Shown here: positions 17,276-25,851 of the stretch, one piece after another
Position numbering within the stretch: the stretch's first letter is position 1
Layout: every line of letters begins with the position of its first letter
Virus record (IMG/VR): IMGVR_UViG_3300025099_000102
Coordinates: 1 to 28,531 of that record
DNA: 28,531 nt
DNA from: a virus
Taxonomy: Duplodnaviria > Caudoviricetes
Reading direction: 5' to 3' (one strand)
The notes under the pieces: model-generated
Seen by the model: the letters and a program-made list of their open reading frames with translations, nothing else
What the model was told of the DNA's origin: nothing
Database searches by the model: none
Position numbers and translations under genes: made by a program

Positions 17276-19609
17276 ATGCCAGAATTTCAGTCAACAGCTC
17301 CTAGTGCAGAAGCCGTTTTTTATCGTACATATTCACGCAGAAAAGCGGACGGCCAGCGGGAGACTTTTAAAGAAGCAATGACACGCTGTGTCAACTCTAT
17401 TGCAGAAGTTGGCAAGTTCACTACGGAAGAAAAAAGCCTTGTAATTGACCAGGCATTGAAGCAGCATTGCTTTCCTTCTGGAAGGGCTTTTTGGGTAGCA
17501 GGTACGGAGTGGGGAAGCCAGCAAAAGAATTTCAGTGGCTGGTATAATTGCACCTCTACAAACGTAAATGAAGTCAGTGCGTTCCGTCACATCATGGAAC
17601 TAGCCATGATGGGCTCAGGTACTGGTGCAATGCTCGAACAGTCGAATATCAATTCACTGCCGGCAATTGTTACGCAAATCAATATTGTCAGTGTTGAAGA
17701 CGCTGGCGACATCTTGCCATCTGATCGACTGGAACAGACTGAGTTTTTAAACCTCGACAATGGCAACGTTGTCGTTTATGTCGGTGACAGCCGAGAAGGC
17801 TGGGTTGACGCTTATCTAGGCATCATTGAAATTGCTGCTGAATTTAACACTAAAAAGACTGTCGACTTGATCATCGACCTCGGCAATGTCAGGCCAGCAG
17901 GAGAGCGTTTACAAGGCTTTGGCGGCACTGCTAATCCTGTCAAGCTTGAGGACATGTTCCGGCGTGTTGTGGGGATCCTCAACGGTGCTTATGGTCGTCG
18001 CCTGAGCTCAGTAGAGACTTGCCTATTGATTGACGAGGCTTCTGCTTGTGTTGTCGCTGGCAACATTCGTCGCAGTGCGGGTATGCGTCAGTTCAGTTCT
18101 AACGACAACGAAGCTGCTGATTCAAAGTCTGGGCTGTATTCACAAGATGAAGAAGGTAACTGGAGGGTCGACCCAAAGAAAGAAGCTTTGCGAATGGCAA
18201 ACCATACCCTTTGTTTCCATAAAATCCCTGATTTTTCTACGGTAGAAGAATCAATCAAGAAGCAGTTTTACTCTGGTGAAGGTGCTATTCAATATGTGCC
18301 TGAAGCCATCGCTCGTGCTAACGCTGATCTGCTCTGTAACTCGGAACGCAAAAAGCAGTTCATTGATCTTTACCTGCAGGACAAAAACGAAGCAGCTGAG
18401 TACTTAGAAGCACTCCATACCCCATCAGGTGTTATGGATCCTAAAGAGTTAGCTCATCGACTAAGCCGCTATGGTCTTAATCCATGCGGAGAGATCATTG
18501 GCACTGATTTTCACTGCAACTTGGCTGAGATTCATCTTAATACAATTGATCCAAACGATACACAGGCACAGGACAATGCGTTTAAGGCAGGGGCTTTACA
18601 GGTAGCAGCATTGCTTCATCACGAGTTTTATATCGACCGCTACCGATACAGCCGTGAGATTGACCCAATTGTTGGCGTTAGCTTCACAGGTCTATTTGAT
18701 TTCTTTGTGCATGCTTTTGGAGCACCTTGGCTCGATTGGATGATGAAGGGACGCCCAAGCAACAACCTTGGCCGTAAATTTGTAAAAAAAGAGCACTACT
18801 TCTTGCGTCGATGGGCTGATATCGTTCGCTACACAGTGATCAGCTATTGCGATAAGCATGGTCTGCGTCGGCCTAATCGACTGACCACTGTTCAGCCTGC
18901 AGGAACAAAAAGTCTGCTTACTGGAGCTTCTTCTGGCTGGCATCCACCTAAAGCACAGCGTTTTATTCGTCGGATCACGTTTGGGAAGTCTGACCCCCTT
19001 GTTTCAGCCCTACGTGACTGGGGTTATACCGTAATTCCTGCTCAATCAGCAAAGGATGAGAACGGTAATCTCTTAGATGACATCCTTGATCCTCGAGTGC
19101 AAGAAGTGTTAGTCGAGATTCCAACTGAAGTTAGCTGGGCTAACCTTCCTGGTTGTGATGAATTTGATCTCAGTAAGCTTCCAGTAGCTTCTCAGTGGGG
19201 TCTCTACATGCAAGTGCAAAATTATTACACAGAGCACAACACCTCGGCCACAATTGAGTTTAGAGAAGAGGAAATACCATTGCTAGCAAAGTTGATTCAT
19301 GAATCAATGCAACTTGGCACTGGATACATCTCTGCTGCTTTATTGGCGCGTTTTGACGCTAATGAAACGTTTCCTCGCCTACCTTTTGAGCCAATCGAAA
19401 AGGATGTTTACCAGCGTTGGGATGAAGCTGCAAAATCTTATCGCTCTGCTCTGCCTGCAATCTTTAACAAAGAAGAGGTTAGCTTCCTTGAGGTGCTTAG
19501 CACTTACGACTCAGCTGATTATGAGCTGAAGGGTTCTGCTGGTTGCGATAGCGACAAATGTCTTGCTGAATCACAAAAGGATGCTGATCAAGTGGGGCAG
19601 AAGATTTAA
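17276..19609 (+). CDS. nrdJ: Class II (adenosylcobalamin-dependent) ribonucleotide reductase
   Basis: FYRTYSRR, PSGR, YNC, VVAGNIRRSA, NPCGEI (radical Cys), TTVQPAGTKS and C-terminal GCDSDKC. Confidence 0.96.
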   Translation: MPEFQSTAPSAEAVFYRTYSRRKADGQRETFKEAMTRCVNSIAEVGKFTTEEKSLVIDQALKQHCFPSGRAFWVAGTEWGSQQKNFSGWYNCTSTNVNEVSAFRHIMELAMMGSGTGAMLEQSNINSLPAIVTQINIVSVEDAGDILPSDRLEQTEFLNLDNGNVVVYVGDSREGWVDAYLGIIEIAAEFNTKKTVDLIIDLGNVRPAGERLQGFGGTANPVKLEDMFRRVVGILNGAYGRRLSSVETCLLIDEASACVVAGNIRRSAGMRQFSSNDNEAADSKSGLYSQDEEGNWRVDPKKEALRMANHTLCFHKIPDFSTVEESIKKQFYSGEGAIQYVPEAIARANADLLCNSERKKQFIDLYLQDKNEAAEYLEALHTPSGVMDPKELAHRLSRYGLNPCGEIIGTDFHCNLAEIHLNTIDPNDTQAQDNAFKAGALQVAALLHHEFYIDRYRYSREIDPIVGVSFTGLFDFFVHAFGAPWLDWMMKGRPSNNLGRKFVKKEHYFLRRWADIVRYTVISYCDKHGLRRPNRLTTVQPAGTKSLLTGASSGWHPPKAQRFIRRITFGKSDPLVSALRDWGYTVIPAQSAKDENGNLLDDILDPRVQEVLVEIPTEVSWANLPGCDEFDLSKLPVASQWGLYMQVQNYYTEHNTSATIEFREEEIPLLAKLIHESMQLGTGYISAALLARFDANETFPRLPFEPIEKDVYQRWDEAAKSYRSALPAIFNKEEVSFLEVLSTYDSADYELKGSAGCDSDKCLAESQKDADQVGQKI

Positions 19610-19610
19610 G

Positions 19611-20135
19611 ATGTCATCACTCGTTGACTTTCAGATCCGCAACCTATGCCGAAATATCGGCTTAGTGGAGCCATTTAGCCCAGAGATGATCAATCCTGCC
19701 AGCATTGATGTCACTCTTGGGGGCGTCATTAAAGTCGAGGGTCGTTCTTATGGACGACCTAAGGATCGGGCTAGATGGATTAACCATGAAATTGACTCAG
19801 ACAAAGGATTCATCCTTCCTCCTGGTGGCTTTATTCTTGCTCATACCAATGAATATGTCCGTATTCCAAACAACTTGGAATCAAACTTTCAGTTAAAAAG
19901 CAGCCGTGGCAGAGAAGGTATTAACCACCTTTTAGCTGGATATATTGATCCTGGTTTCAAGGGTCAAATCACGCTGGAACTACAAAATGTCAATAACAGA
20001 CACAATGTTGTTCTAAAAAAAGGAATGAGAATTGGCCAGCTTCGCTTTCATACTCTTAGTGAGATTCCGTTGCGTAGCTATGCAGTTACTGGACGTTATT
20101 TCCTAGACGAGGGGGCTGTGGCAAGCAAAGGGTAA
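19611..20135 (+). CDS. dcd: dCTP deaminase
   Basis: INPASIDVTL, LKSSRGREG, AGYIDPGFKGQITLE and RIGQL. Confidence 0.93.
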   Translation: MSSLVDFQIRNLCRNIGLVEPFSPEMINPASIDVTLGGVIKVEGRSYGRPKDRARWINHEIDSDKGFILPPGGFILAHTNEYVRIPNNLESNFQLKSSRGREGINHLLAGYIDPGFKGQITLELQNVNNRHNVVLKKGMRIGQLRFHTLSEIPLRSYAVTGRYFLDEGAVASKG

Positions 20136-20208
20136 GGAAGACTAACCGTAGTCGCGAGATGCGGCAAAAATTATTCTGCCGAGAAGGCTTAACTTCGCTG
20201 AGATAGCA

Positions 20209-21789
20209 ATGCTGGGCGTACCGCACCCGACAAACGATCCATCGCTCGTTTCTTACCATCGACCGGAACTGATCCGTCAACTACCGGCACTGGAGCTTGC
20301 TAATCACTGCTGGCATCTTTTAGACGGCACATTTGCTGATAGTTCTGGCCATTCACGCGGTGTAAAAGAAAAATATCTACCACAAGAACCTGCTGAGCCT
20401 CGTGGGGCATACGATTCTCGTTTAACAAGGTCAACGTACACTCCAATTTATCGCGATAGCATTCGGGCTTATGCTGGCTTACTTAATCGTTTCCAACTGG
20501 TCGACACCCCAGCCTCATTATTGGCGGCGGAAACTGATGTGGATCTTCAGGGGGAAAGCATCCAAAGCTTCTGGAACCGATGCGACGAGAAAGCATTAAG
20601 GGATGGCGGTGTTTTTGTCATGGTCGACATGACACAAGACGAAGGCGAAACAAATTTCTTTGACGAACAAAATTCTGACCGCCGGCCATATTTAATTATG
20701 GTTGACAGGGCCAATGTTATTAATTGGTCTATCGAATATTCTTCAGGTCGCGAGAAAGTAAATCACGCAACGATCCGGCAATTCCGTCAAAGATCAATTC
20801 CTGGATCTTTTGGTGTTGAGCTAGATGCTATCTACCATGTTCTCAGGCCCAATCTTGTCGAGACATATCGTTTAGAAAAGCGTGGACGCGAATGGGTCCA
20901 GATCAAGGAACGCGAAGTTAATACATCTATCCCTGTTGTGCCTTTGGTGTGGTACGGATCTACTGATCCTCATTTTGCTCATGGCGACTTGCCATTAAAT
21001 GCATTAGCTGAACTGTCTATTCAGCACTTCCAAATGCGGTCTGATTTGCAGGAGCTGCTTCATAAATGTGCAATGCCAGTACCTGTTAGGACTGGAGCAA
21101 AGCTAGGAGCCGACGGCAAACCAATCCCATTAATTTTAGGCCCCAACACTGCTGTTGACCTTGACGCTGAAGGCGGTAAATTTGAGTTTGCAGAACCATC
21201 TGGTCGCAGTCTGGAACGTCATCAAGCTGAAATTGAACATTTAGAGCTGCTGATGGATCGCAGTAGCCTTAATTTCTTGTATGGCGCAAACATCAAGACT
21301 GCAACTGAAGCATCTCTCCGCGCTTCTCAAGTGGCCTCACAGGTCTCATCGTTAACACGCAATAAGATCTCAAGCTTTACAACTGTTATGCGCCTCTGGG
21401 CGGCTTATAGCGGTGAGTTTGATCAAGTCACACCTGAGTCTGGCATTGCTATTAACGACAGCTTGATTAGTCGTCCGCTAGGTGCTTCTGAGATTGCACA
21501 GCTAGTTAATCTGTACTCTCAAGGGCTGCTTTCTAAGCGCACGGTGTTAGATGAATTACAACGTGGCGGCATCCTCGATCCTGACTTAAAAGTCGAAGAT
21601 GAGATCACGCGAACCGACGAGGATCATGAGGATCAAGTCGACCAAATGATTGACGACGAAACTGCTATGCAGGAAGCCGTACCTGATTCTTCGGGTTCTC
21701 AGGCATCTAATCCTGTTGCAAGTGGGGATCCTAGTGATGACCAGGACACCCCAGAAAAAGCACAAGCTGCAGCCTCACGGGCTCAGTAA
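20209..21789 (+). CDS. Portal protein (DUF4055-like)
   Basis: YLPQEPAE...YDSRL, PLNALAELSIQHFQMRSD..ELLH...P, KTATEA and G.LSKRT.LDELQRGGIL; about 526 aa with an acidic tail. Confidence 0.8.
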   Translation: MLGVPHPTNDPSLVSYHRPELIRQLPALELANHCWHLLDGTFADSSGHSRGVKEKYLPQEPAEPRGAYDSRLTRSTYTPIYRDSIRAYAGLLNRFQLVDTPASLLAAETDVDLQGESIQSFWNRCDEKALRDGGVFVMVDMTQDEGETNFFDEQNSDRRPYLIMVDRANVINWSIEYSSGREKVNHATIRQFRQRSIPGSFGVELDAIYHVLRPNLVETYRLEKRGREWVQIKEREVNTSIPVVPLVWYGSTDPHFAHGDLPLNALAELSIQHFQMRSDLQELLHKCAMPVPVRTGAKLGADGKPIPLILGPNTAVDLDAEGGKFEFAEPSGRSLERHQAEIEHLELLMDRSSLNFLYGANIKTATEASLRASQVASQVSSLTRNKISSFTTVMRLWAAYSGEFDQVTPESGIAINDSLISRPLGASEIAQLVNLYSQGLLSKRTVLDELQRGGILDPDLKVEDEITRTDEDHEDQVDQMIDDETAMQEAVPDSSGSQASNPVASGDPSDDQDTPEKAQAAASRAQ

Positions 21790-21812
21790 ACTATAAATAA
21801 CAGGTATTAATT

Positions 21813-22013
21813 ATGATCATCGCACGATTTGAATTTCTTCCTGACTATGCCGATCAGTTTTGTGAGGAGGGGCAGTCAATTTGCGAGATGCAATTTCCTG
21901 ATTTGGTAGAAATGGTTGCCTTTACAAAAGACATTGAGCATTGCTTGACTGAAGTCTTGGTCAACGATGGTACGAACATCATTTCATTGCGGGAGATCAG
22001 CGAGTCAGCTTGA
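21813..22013 (+). CDS. Hypothetical acidic protein
   Basis: ATG-started ORF coupled to the next gene by a TGATG overlap. Confidence 0.6.
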   Translation: MIIARFEFLPDYADQFCEEGQSICEMQFPDLVEMVAFTKDIEHCLTEVLVNDGTNIISLREISESA

Positions 22014-22360
22014 TGCATCCTGAGCAAACAGGTAAGTTTTTACGCTCGCCGGCAGGATCGTTTGTATACCAAGTGATCGGACCCTGTTGTCAGTTATTTG
22101 ATCGAGAAGAATTGCCATGGCCGAGCTGTAATATTAGATGGAAAGGTAAGCAACCAAGCTGGAATAGGGTCGGTAAAAGATTTGTCCCGGATTTAGCTGC
22201 TTCAAGATGTCCTAGCTATTATGTAATTGCAAGAGATTTACACGGAGACCAGTGGAATCAAGTTTTGACCTTATATCAAAACAGGCTAGATGGCGACGAA
22301 AAGCGTTGGTGGTACAGCAAAGTGCCAAGTGGGAAGCCTTATCCAATGAAGCCCTCATGA
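22013..22360 (+). CDS. Hypothetical protein
   Basis: Trp/Cys-rich ORF with stop/start overlaps at both ends. Confidence 0.65.
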   Translation: MHPEQTGKFLRSPAGSFVYQVIGPCCQLFDREELPWPSCNIRWKGKQPSWNRVGKRFVPDLAASRCPSYYVIARDLHGDQWNQVLTLYQNRLDGDEKRWWYSKVPSGKPYPMKPS

Positions 22361-22533
22361 CTGGTGGAACTTTTGATCGTTTGTTCTGGACTAAAACTTT
22401 AGATCGCTTGAATTTAGAGAGTCCAGGGCGTGAAGAAGCTGTCAATAAAGCTATTGAAATCGTAAGAAAAAAGAAAGAAGTTATTGAAGCTATACGGAGG
22501 CAAAAAGGCACAAAAGGAAGGAAGAGAAAATGA
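22357..22533 (+). CDS. Small basic hypothetical protein
   Basis: ATGA overlap start, MTGGTFDRLFWTKTLDRLNLESPGREEA. The ORF track extends it to 22252. Confidence 0.6.
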   Translation: MTGGTFDRLFWTKTLDRLNLESPGREEAVNKAIEIVRKKKEVIEAIRRQKGTKGRKRK

Positions 22534-22597
22534 TTACTCCTGGATCCTTTGTTATGACGTTACACTATAAGAAGGCAATCTATCCAATTAGATTTCA

Positions 22598-22807
22598 ATG
22601 CAGAAAGATACAGAAGGCTTTTGGCAGCTTGTTGAGAGCACACAGGAGAAATCAGGGTCTGTAGTTGCTTTAGCTTTAATTTTACTGTTTGGAATTTTTT
22701 ATTTCGGATCTGTATTCCTGGCGGCATGGGCTGTATCTGCAACATTTGGTTCTGGTTATTGGATGACGTTGCTAACTGTATTTTTACTTAAGCTGACGTT
22801 ACAATGA
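22598..22807 (+). CDS. Small membrane protein (about 2 TM segments)
   Basis: Long hydrophobic segments VVALALILLFGIFYFGSVFLAAWAV and YWMTLLTVFLL. Confidence 0.6.
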   Translation: MQKDTEGFWQLVESTQEKSGSVVALALILLFGIFYFGSVFLAAWAVSATFGSGYWMTLLTVFLLKLTLQ

Positions 22808-22825
22808 AGAAACGACAGATGTCAA

Positions 22826-23371
22826 GTGGTTCAAAGTATCGATGGTCGCAACTTAACTGAAGTTGTTTATAAGACTTGCATAAGATGCAAGATCTCTAAG
22901 CCAGCCACCAAAGAATTTTTTTATAGACATAATGGTAAATCAAGTGGTTTTGATTCGTGGTGCAAATCTTGTCACAAAAAACATAGAGAAAAAAATAAAG
23001 AAAAAAATCGTATATCGTATCGCACTTATAGCAAAAAATATCACAAAAACCATAAAAAACGTGCAGCTGAATATCTTGGAGGTCAATGTCAATGCTGCGG
23101 ATTTAAAAAAGCTATGAGTGCTTTACAGTTTCACCACAGGGATCCAACCGAAAAACAAGGAAATTTTAAAAAAATCATTGGCATGTCTCCAGAAAAAAGA
23201 AAAGAAGAACTTGATAAGTGTGACTTGTTATGTGCAAATTGTCATGCTGGTTTCCATGCAGGCGATGTTATTTATAACGAAAACGGTTATACTTGGGAGG
23301 TAGACCATCCTAATTACGCGAGTATGGCGGAATCGGTAGACGCACCAGACTTAAAATCTGTTGACCTTTAG
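22826..23371 (+). CDS. HNH homing endonuclease with N-terminal Cys4 zinc domain
   Basis: KTCIRC...SWCKSC and CQCCG...LQFHHRDP...KCDLLCANCH; A-rich relative to neighbours; start uncertain. Confidence 0.85.
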   Translation: MVQSIDGRNLTEVVYKTCIRCKISKPATKEFFYRHNGKSSGFDSWCKSCHKKHREKNKEKNRISYRTYSKKYHKNHKKRAAEYLGGQCQCCGFKKAMSALQFHHRDPTEKQGNFKKIIGMSPEKRKEELDKCDLLCANCHAGFHAGDVIYNENGYTWEVDHPNYASMAESVDAPDLKSVDL

Positions 23372-23401
23372 GTTGTGAGAGTTCAAGTCTCTCTACTCGC
23401 A
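23318..23401 (+). tRNA. trnL: tRNA-Leu(UAA), intronless, CCA not encoded
   Basis: Acceptor stem GCGAGTA/TACTCGC with discriminator A, D-arm GCGGAATCGGTAGACGC, anticodon CAGA-CTTAAAA-TCTG, long variable arm, and T-arm GAGAG-TTCAAGT-CTCTC. Confidence 0.95.
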
Positions 23402-23412
23402 TTTTTTTTATT

Positions 23413-23589
23413 ATGGATTGTTTTCTCTGCGGCCACATCACAAATCTGACCCAGTCATGGCGTATGGAAACTACTGTTAGGCGCTATCGCGAGTGCCCAA
23501 ATTGTGGCAATAAATTTTTTACCTACGAAATACCAGAAGAAATGCTTAAAACTGCTGATCAGTATGTCAATCGCTCTACCCACGATTGA
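23413..23589 (+). CDS. NrdR-like N-terminal zinc-ribbon protein (58 aa, not in ORF track)
   Basis: Translated by hand: MDCFLCGHITNLTQSWRMETTVRRYRECPNCGNKFFTYEIPEEMLKTADQYVNRSTHD. Contains CxxC...RRxRECxxCGxxFxTYE. Confidence 0.75.
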   Translation: MDCFLCGHITNLTQSWRMETTVRRYRECPNCGNKFFTYEIPEEMLKTADQYVNRSTHD

Positions 23590-23637
23590 TTCCTAGGTTG
23601 TTTTGGCGTATTATGGATGGGTCTAACTAAACCATTT

Positions 23638-24192
23638 ATGAGCACTTCAATCCAAAAGCCTTTAAGAGTAGTAACCCTTCCTTCAGTTCCAACCAAATTT
23701 GTCGCCGTCAAGTCTAATAACTTTCGGATGGTAACGCAAAGAGCTGTTGATGAGGTCGTTAATTACATCAGAAAACCAGAGCCAAGAGAATGGTCGTTCT
23801 CTAACACTAGTATTGAGGTGGATGAAGACTGTACCCTTACAGTCTCTATTCAAGATAATCCTATCTTGCGTGTAACAAGGACTGATGATAACAAAGATTT
23901 TGACAAGGTATTTGTTTTTGCTGGCGGCGTCTATGACAATGATGGCAACCCATCAGACACCACTAAAGAACGTTTAAATGGTTTATTGAACGCTTTGGGC
24001 TGGTGTGGTGTTATTCCTCCTCGGGTTCGTGTCTTCTTTGATCCAGAGTTTAGCCTTACTTACTTCGGTAGCGGTGAAAACAAAGTAGCCCTGAACTACA
24101 ATTATTGTGTGATGGCAAGCATCTTAGCATCACCAACTGAATTTATTTTTGATAATGACATGATTATCCCAAGGAAGCCTACTGATAGATAA
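23638..24192 (+). CDS. Hypothetical protein
   Basis: About 184-aa ORF containing TTKERLNGLL; alternative start at 23617. Confidence 0.65.
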   Translation: MSTSIQKPLRVVTLPSVPTKFVAVKSNNFRMVTQRAVDEVVNYIRKPEPREWSFSNTSIEVDEDCTLTVSIQDNPILRVTRTDDNKDFDKVFVFAGGVYDNDGNPSDTTKERLNGLLNALGWCGVIPPRVRVFFDPEFSLTYFGSGENKVALNYNYCVMASILASPTEFIFDNDMIIPRKPTDR

Positions 24193-24201
24193 GGTTCTAT
24201 C

Positions 24202-24357
24202 ATGGCTAAACGGGGGCTCTACTCAAACATCCACGCCAAGCGAAAGCGTATCAAGGCTGGAAGCGACGAAAAGATGCGTAAGCCAGGGAGCAAAGGAGCC
24301 CCGTCTGCCAGTGCCTTTAAAAAGGCTGCAAAGACTGCTAAGAAGAGGAAAAAATAA
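24202..24357 (+). CDS. Small highly basic conserved phage protein (51 aa, not in ORF track)
   Basis: Translated by hand: MAKRGLYSNIHAKRKRIKAGSDEKMRKPGSKGAPSASAFKKAAKTAKKRKK; TAATG-coupled to the next gene. Confidence 0.85.
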   Translation: MAKRGLYSNIHAKRKRIKAGSDEKMRKPGSKGAPSASAFKKAAKTAKKRKK

Positions 24358-24647
24358 TGGCTGAAAAGAAAGACCCTAGGCTTAAACGGGCCGGTGTATC
24401 GGGCTACAATAAACCAAAAAGAACACCAAGCCATCCTAAAAAAAGCCATATTGTCGTGGCAAAAGAAGGTGACAAGGTAAAGACCATTCGTTTTGGTCAG
24501 CAAGGTGCGAAGACAGCAGGGAAGCCAAAGGCTGGTGAGAGCCAAGCCATGAAAGATAAAAGGGCTTCATTTAAAGCACGCCATGCTAAAAACATAAAAA
24601 GAGGTAAAATGTCAGCAGCATATTGGGCTAATCGTTCTAAATGGTGA
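24357..24647 (+). CDS. Basic conserved marine-virus protein
   Basis: KTIRFGQQG...RASFKARH...SAAYWA...KW pattern. Confidence 0.8.
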   Translation: MAEKKDPRLKRAGVSGYNKPKRTPSHPKKSHIVVAKEGDKVKTIRFGQQGAKTAGKPKAGESQAMKDKRASFKARHAKNIKRGKMSAAYWANRSKW

Positions 24648-24820
24648 CTATCGAAAAACAGTTACGTGCTATTTTTTGTGGCAAAGTAAATGTCGCAAAG
24701 GCAGCTCATGACTTGGATCTTGACATAAATGTTGTTAAGAAGTTGTTTGAAGAATATGTACAATCTCACGCAAAAGAAGATTGGGAGCTTGACACGCAGC
24801 CTTGCTGGCCTTACACTTAA
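24644..24820 (+). CDS. Small hypothetical protein, HTH-like (58 aa, not in ORF track)
   Basis: GTGA overlap start; MTIEKQLRAIFCGKVNVAKAAHDLDLDINVVKKLFEEYV...QPCWPYT. Confidence 0.65.
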   Translation: MTIEKQLRAIFCGKVNVAKAAHDLDLDINVVKKLFEEYVQSHAKEDWELDTQPCWPYT

Positions 24821-24851
24821 ATTAAGCTAAATTAAAAACAATTCAAATCTC

Positions 24852-25007
24852 ATGACAAGATCTAAAGAGCTTTGGCTGTCGTTTGCTGTCGGCGTTTCAT
24901 TTATGTTGTTTGTACATATTGTTGAGACATCAATTGCTTTTCCTGTTTTAACAGAAGATATGAAAGAATTCTGCAGCCAAGGCAATATCCATCCTGACTG
25001 TCCTTAG
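24852..25007 (+). CDS. Small membrane-anchored protein (51 aa, not in ORF track)
   Basis: MTRSKELWLSFAVGVSFMLFVHIVETSIAFPVLTEDMKEFCSQGNIHPDCP; last gene before the terminator. Confidence 0.55.
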   Translation: MTRSKELWLSFAVGVSFMLFVHIVETSIAFPVLTEDMKEFCSQGNIHPDCP

Positions 25008-25036
25008 TTTTGGGCACGCGTAATAGAGAAAGCAAT

Positions 25037-25062
25037 AAAAAAGGAGCCTTGGCTCCTTTTTT
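25037..25062. terminator. Bidirectional Rho-independent terminator
   Basis: AAAAAAGGAGCC-TT-GGCTCCTTTTTT perfect inverted repeat between convergent genes. Confidence 0.9.
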
Positions 25063-25064
25063 AT

Positions 25065-25226
25065 TTATCTAGTTTTTTTGTTCATGGTATGCCAAAAGGA
25101 TTTGGCCAATGTTGTCAGCCCATCAGGGCTTTTAGCCTCTATTGCTCGAGCCTTAGCCCAATCAATGTTAGCAATGGTTTGAGCTTCTGTTGCAATCCTG
25201 ATTGCTTGGCTATTAATGCGCGGCAT
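25065..25226 (-). CDS. Small hypothetical protein (53 aa, not in ORF track)
   Basis: MPRINSQAIRIATEAQTIANIDWAKARAIEAKSPDGLTTLAKSFWHTMNKKTR; ends right at the terminator. Confidence 0.55.
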   Translation of the reverse strand: MPRINSQAIRIATEAQTIANIDWAKARAIEAKSPDGLTTLAKSFWHTMNKKTR

Positions 25227-25524
25227 TGTTTTCCTGCTTGAAGGTTACTTCGCCACGATTTGATTTAATTGAAAACAATCGTTCAATACTGATGCTACGC
25301 CATGCAGTCTTACCTTCTTCTTTGTTCTGAACTTCGCGAACCTTGATAATATCTGGATTAGTAGAAGCCTTGCCAGTACCTTTGATCTCGTTAAAGTCTC
25401 TAGGATTAAACGTAATAAAACGTCGCTCTCCGTTTTTCTTTACGAACCCAATACGGACAAATTGTGACCCAGCGTCAGCAATGATTTTACGGATCAGTTC
25501 TTGCTTTGGTGTTGGCTTTGCCAT
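25213..25524 (-). CDS. SH3 beta-barrel / WYL-like (DUF2693-type) protein
   Basis: FVRIGFVKKNGERR...WRSISIERL pattern. Confidence 0.7.
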   Translation of the reverse strand: MAKPTPKQELIRKIIADAGSQFVRIGFVKKNGERRFITFNPRDFNEIKGTGKASTNPDIIKVREVQNKEEGKTAWRSISIERLFSIKSNRGEVTFKQENNAAH

Positions 25525-25611
25525 GGGATTAGTCCCTGTTGGTGTCTGTCTACATTAACCCTTATCTTTGCTGCTGTCAAATGGAAGCTTAAACTAGTCG
25601 CTTCAATAGGC

Positions 25612-25851
25612 ATGGAGAACGAGAAAGACTCACCAAGTCGTATTGCAGCAGTAGTACACTTATCCGTGCTTGGCTGGTCTGCAACCATCCTGACGGCTGG
25701 ATATTTAAACATCATCAAGGCTGATCCAACTTTTGTTGCCAGTATTTTTACTGGTTGCTTAGCGCATTACGGAATAACAAGATCAAACCAGTCAGGCAAT
25801 GATTCAGATAAGAAGACTAAAAAAGAACTACAGCCAACAACAAAACCATGA
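25612..25851 (+). CDS. Conserved cyanophage small membrane protein (2 TM)
   Basis: VHLSVLGWSATILTAGY...DPTFVASIFTGCLAHYGI motif. ATG 25612 is preferred over 25501. Confidence 0.75.
   Translation: MENEKDSPSRIAAVVHLSVLGWSATILTAGYLNIIKADPTFVASIFTGCLAHYGITRSNQSGNDSDKKTKKELQPTTKP

Noticed and set aside
3742-19609. Inteins or introns in dnaB, terL, dnaG or nrdJ
   Set aside because: Lengths are ordinary, the catalytic motifs are contiguous, and I saw no intein splice-junction or LAGLIDADG blocks.
21792-21799. T4-type late promoter TATAAATA (also at 27755-27762)
   Set aside because: Only two copies were noticed, both in AT-rich sequence, and the gene set is not T4-like (no gp55/gp33/gp45 recognisable).
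23318-23401. Group I intron in tRNA-Leu(UAA), or tRNA as an attachment site
   Set aside because: The anticodon loop is uninterrupted; no integrase or duplicated tRNA 3' end appears in the window.
24219-24545. Minus-strand 108-aa ORF
   Set aside because: It is the antisense shadow of two recognisable basic plus-strand genes.
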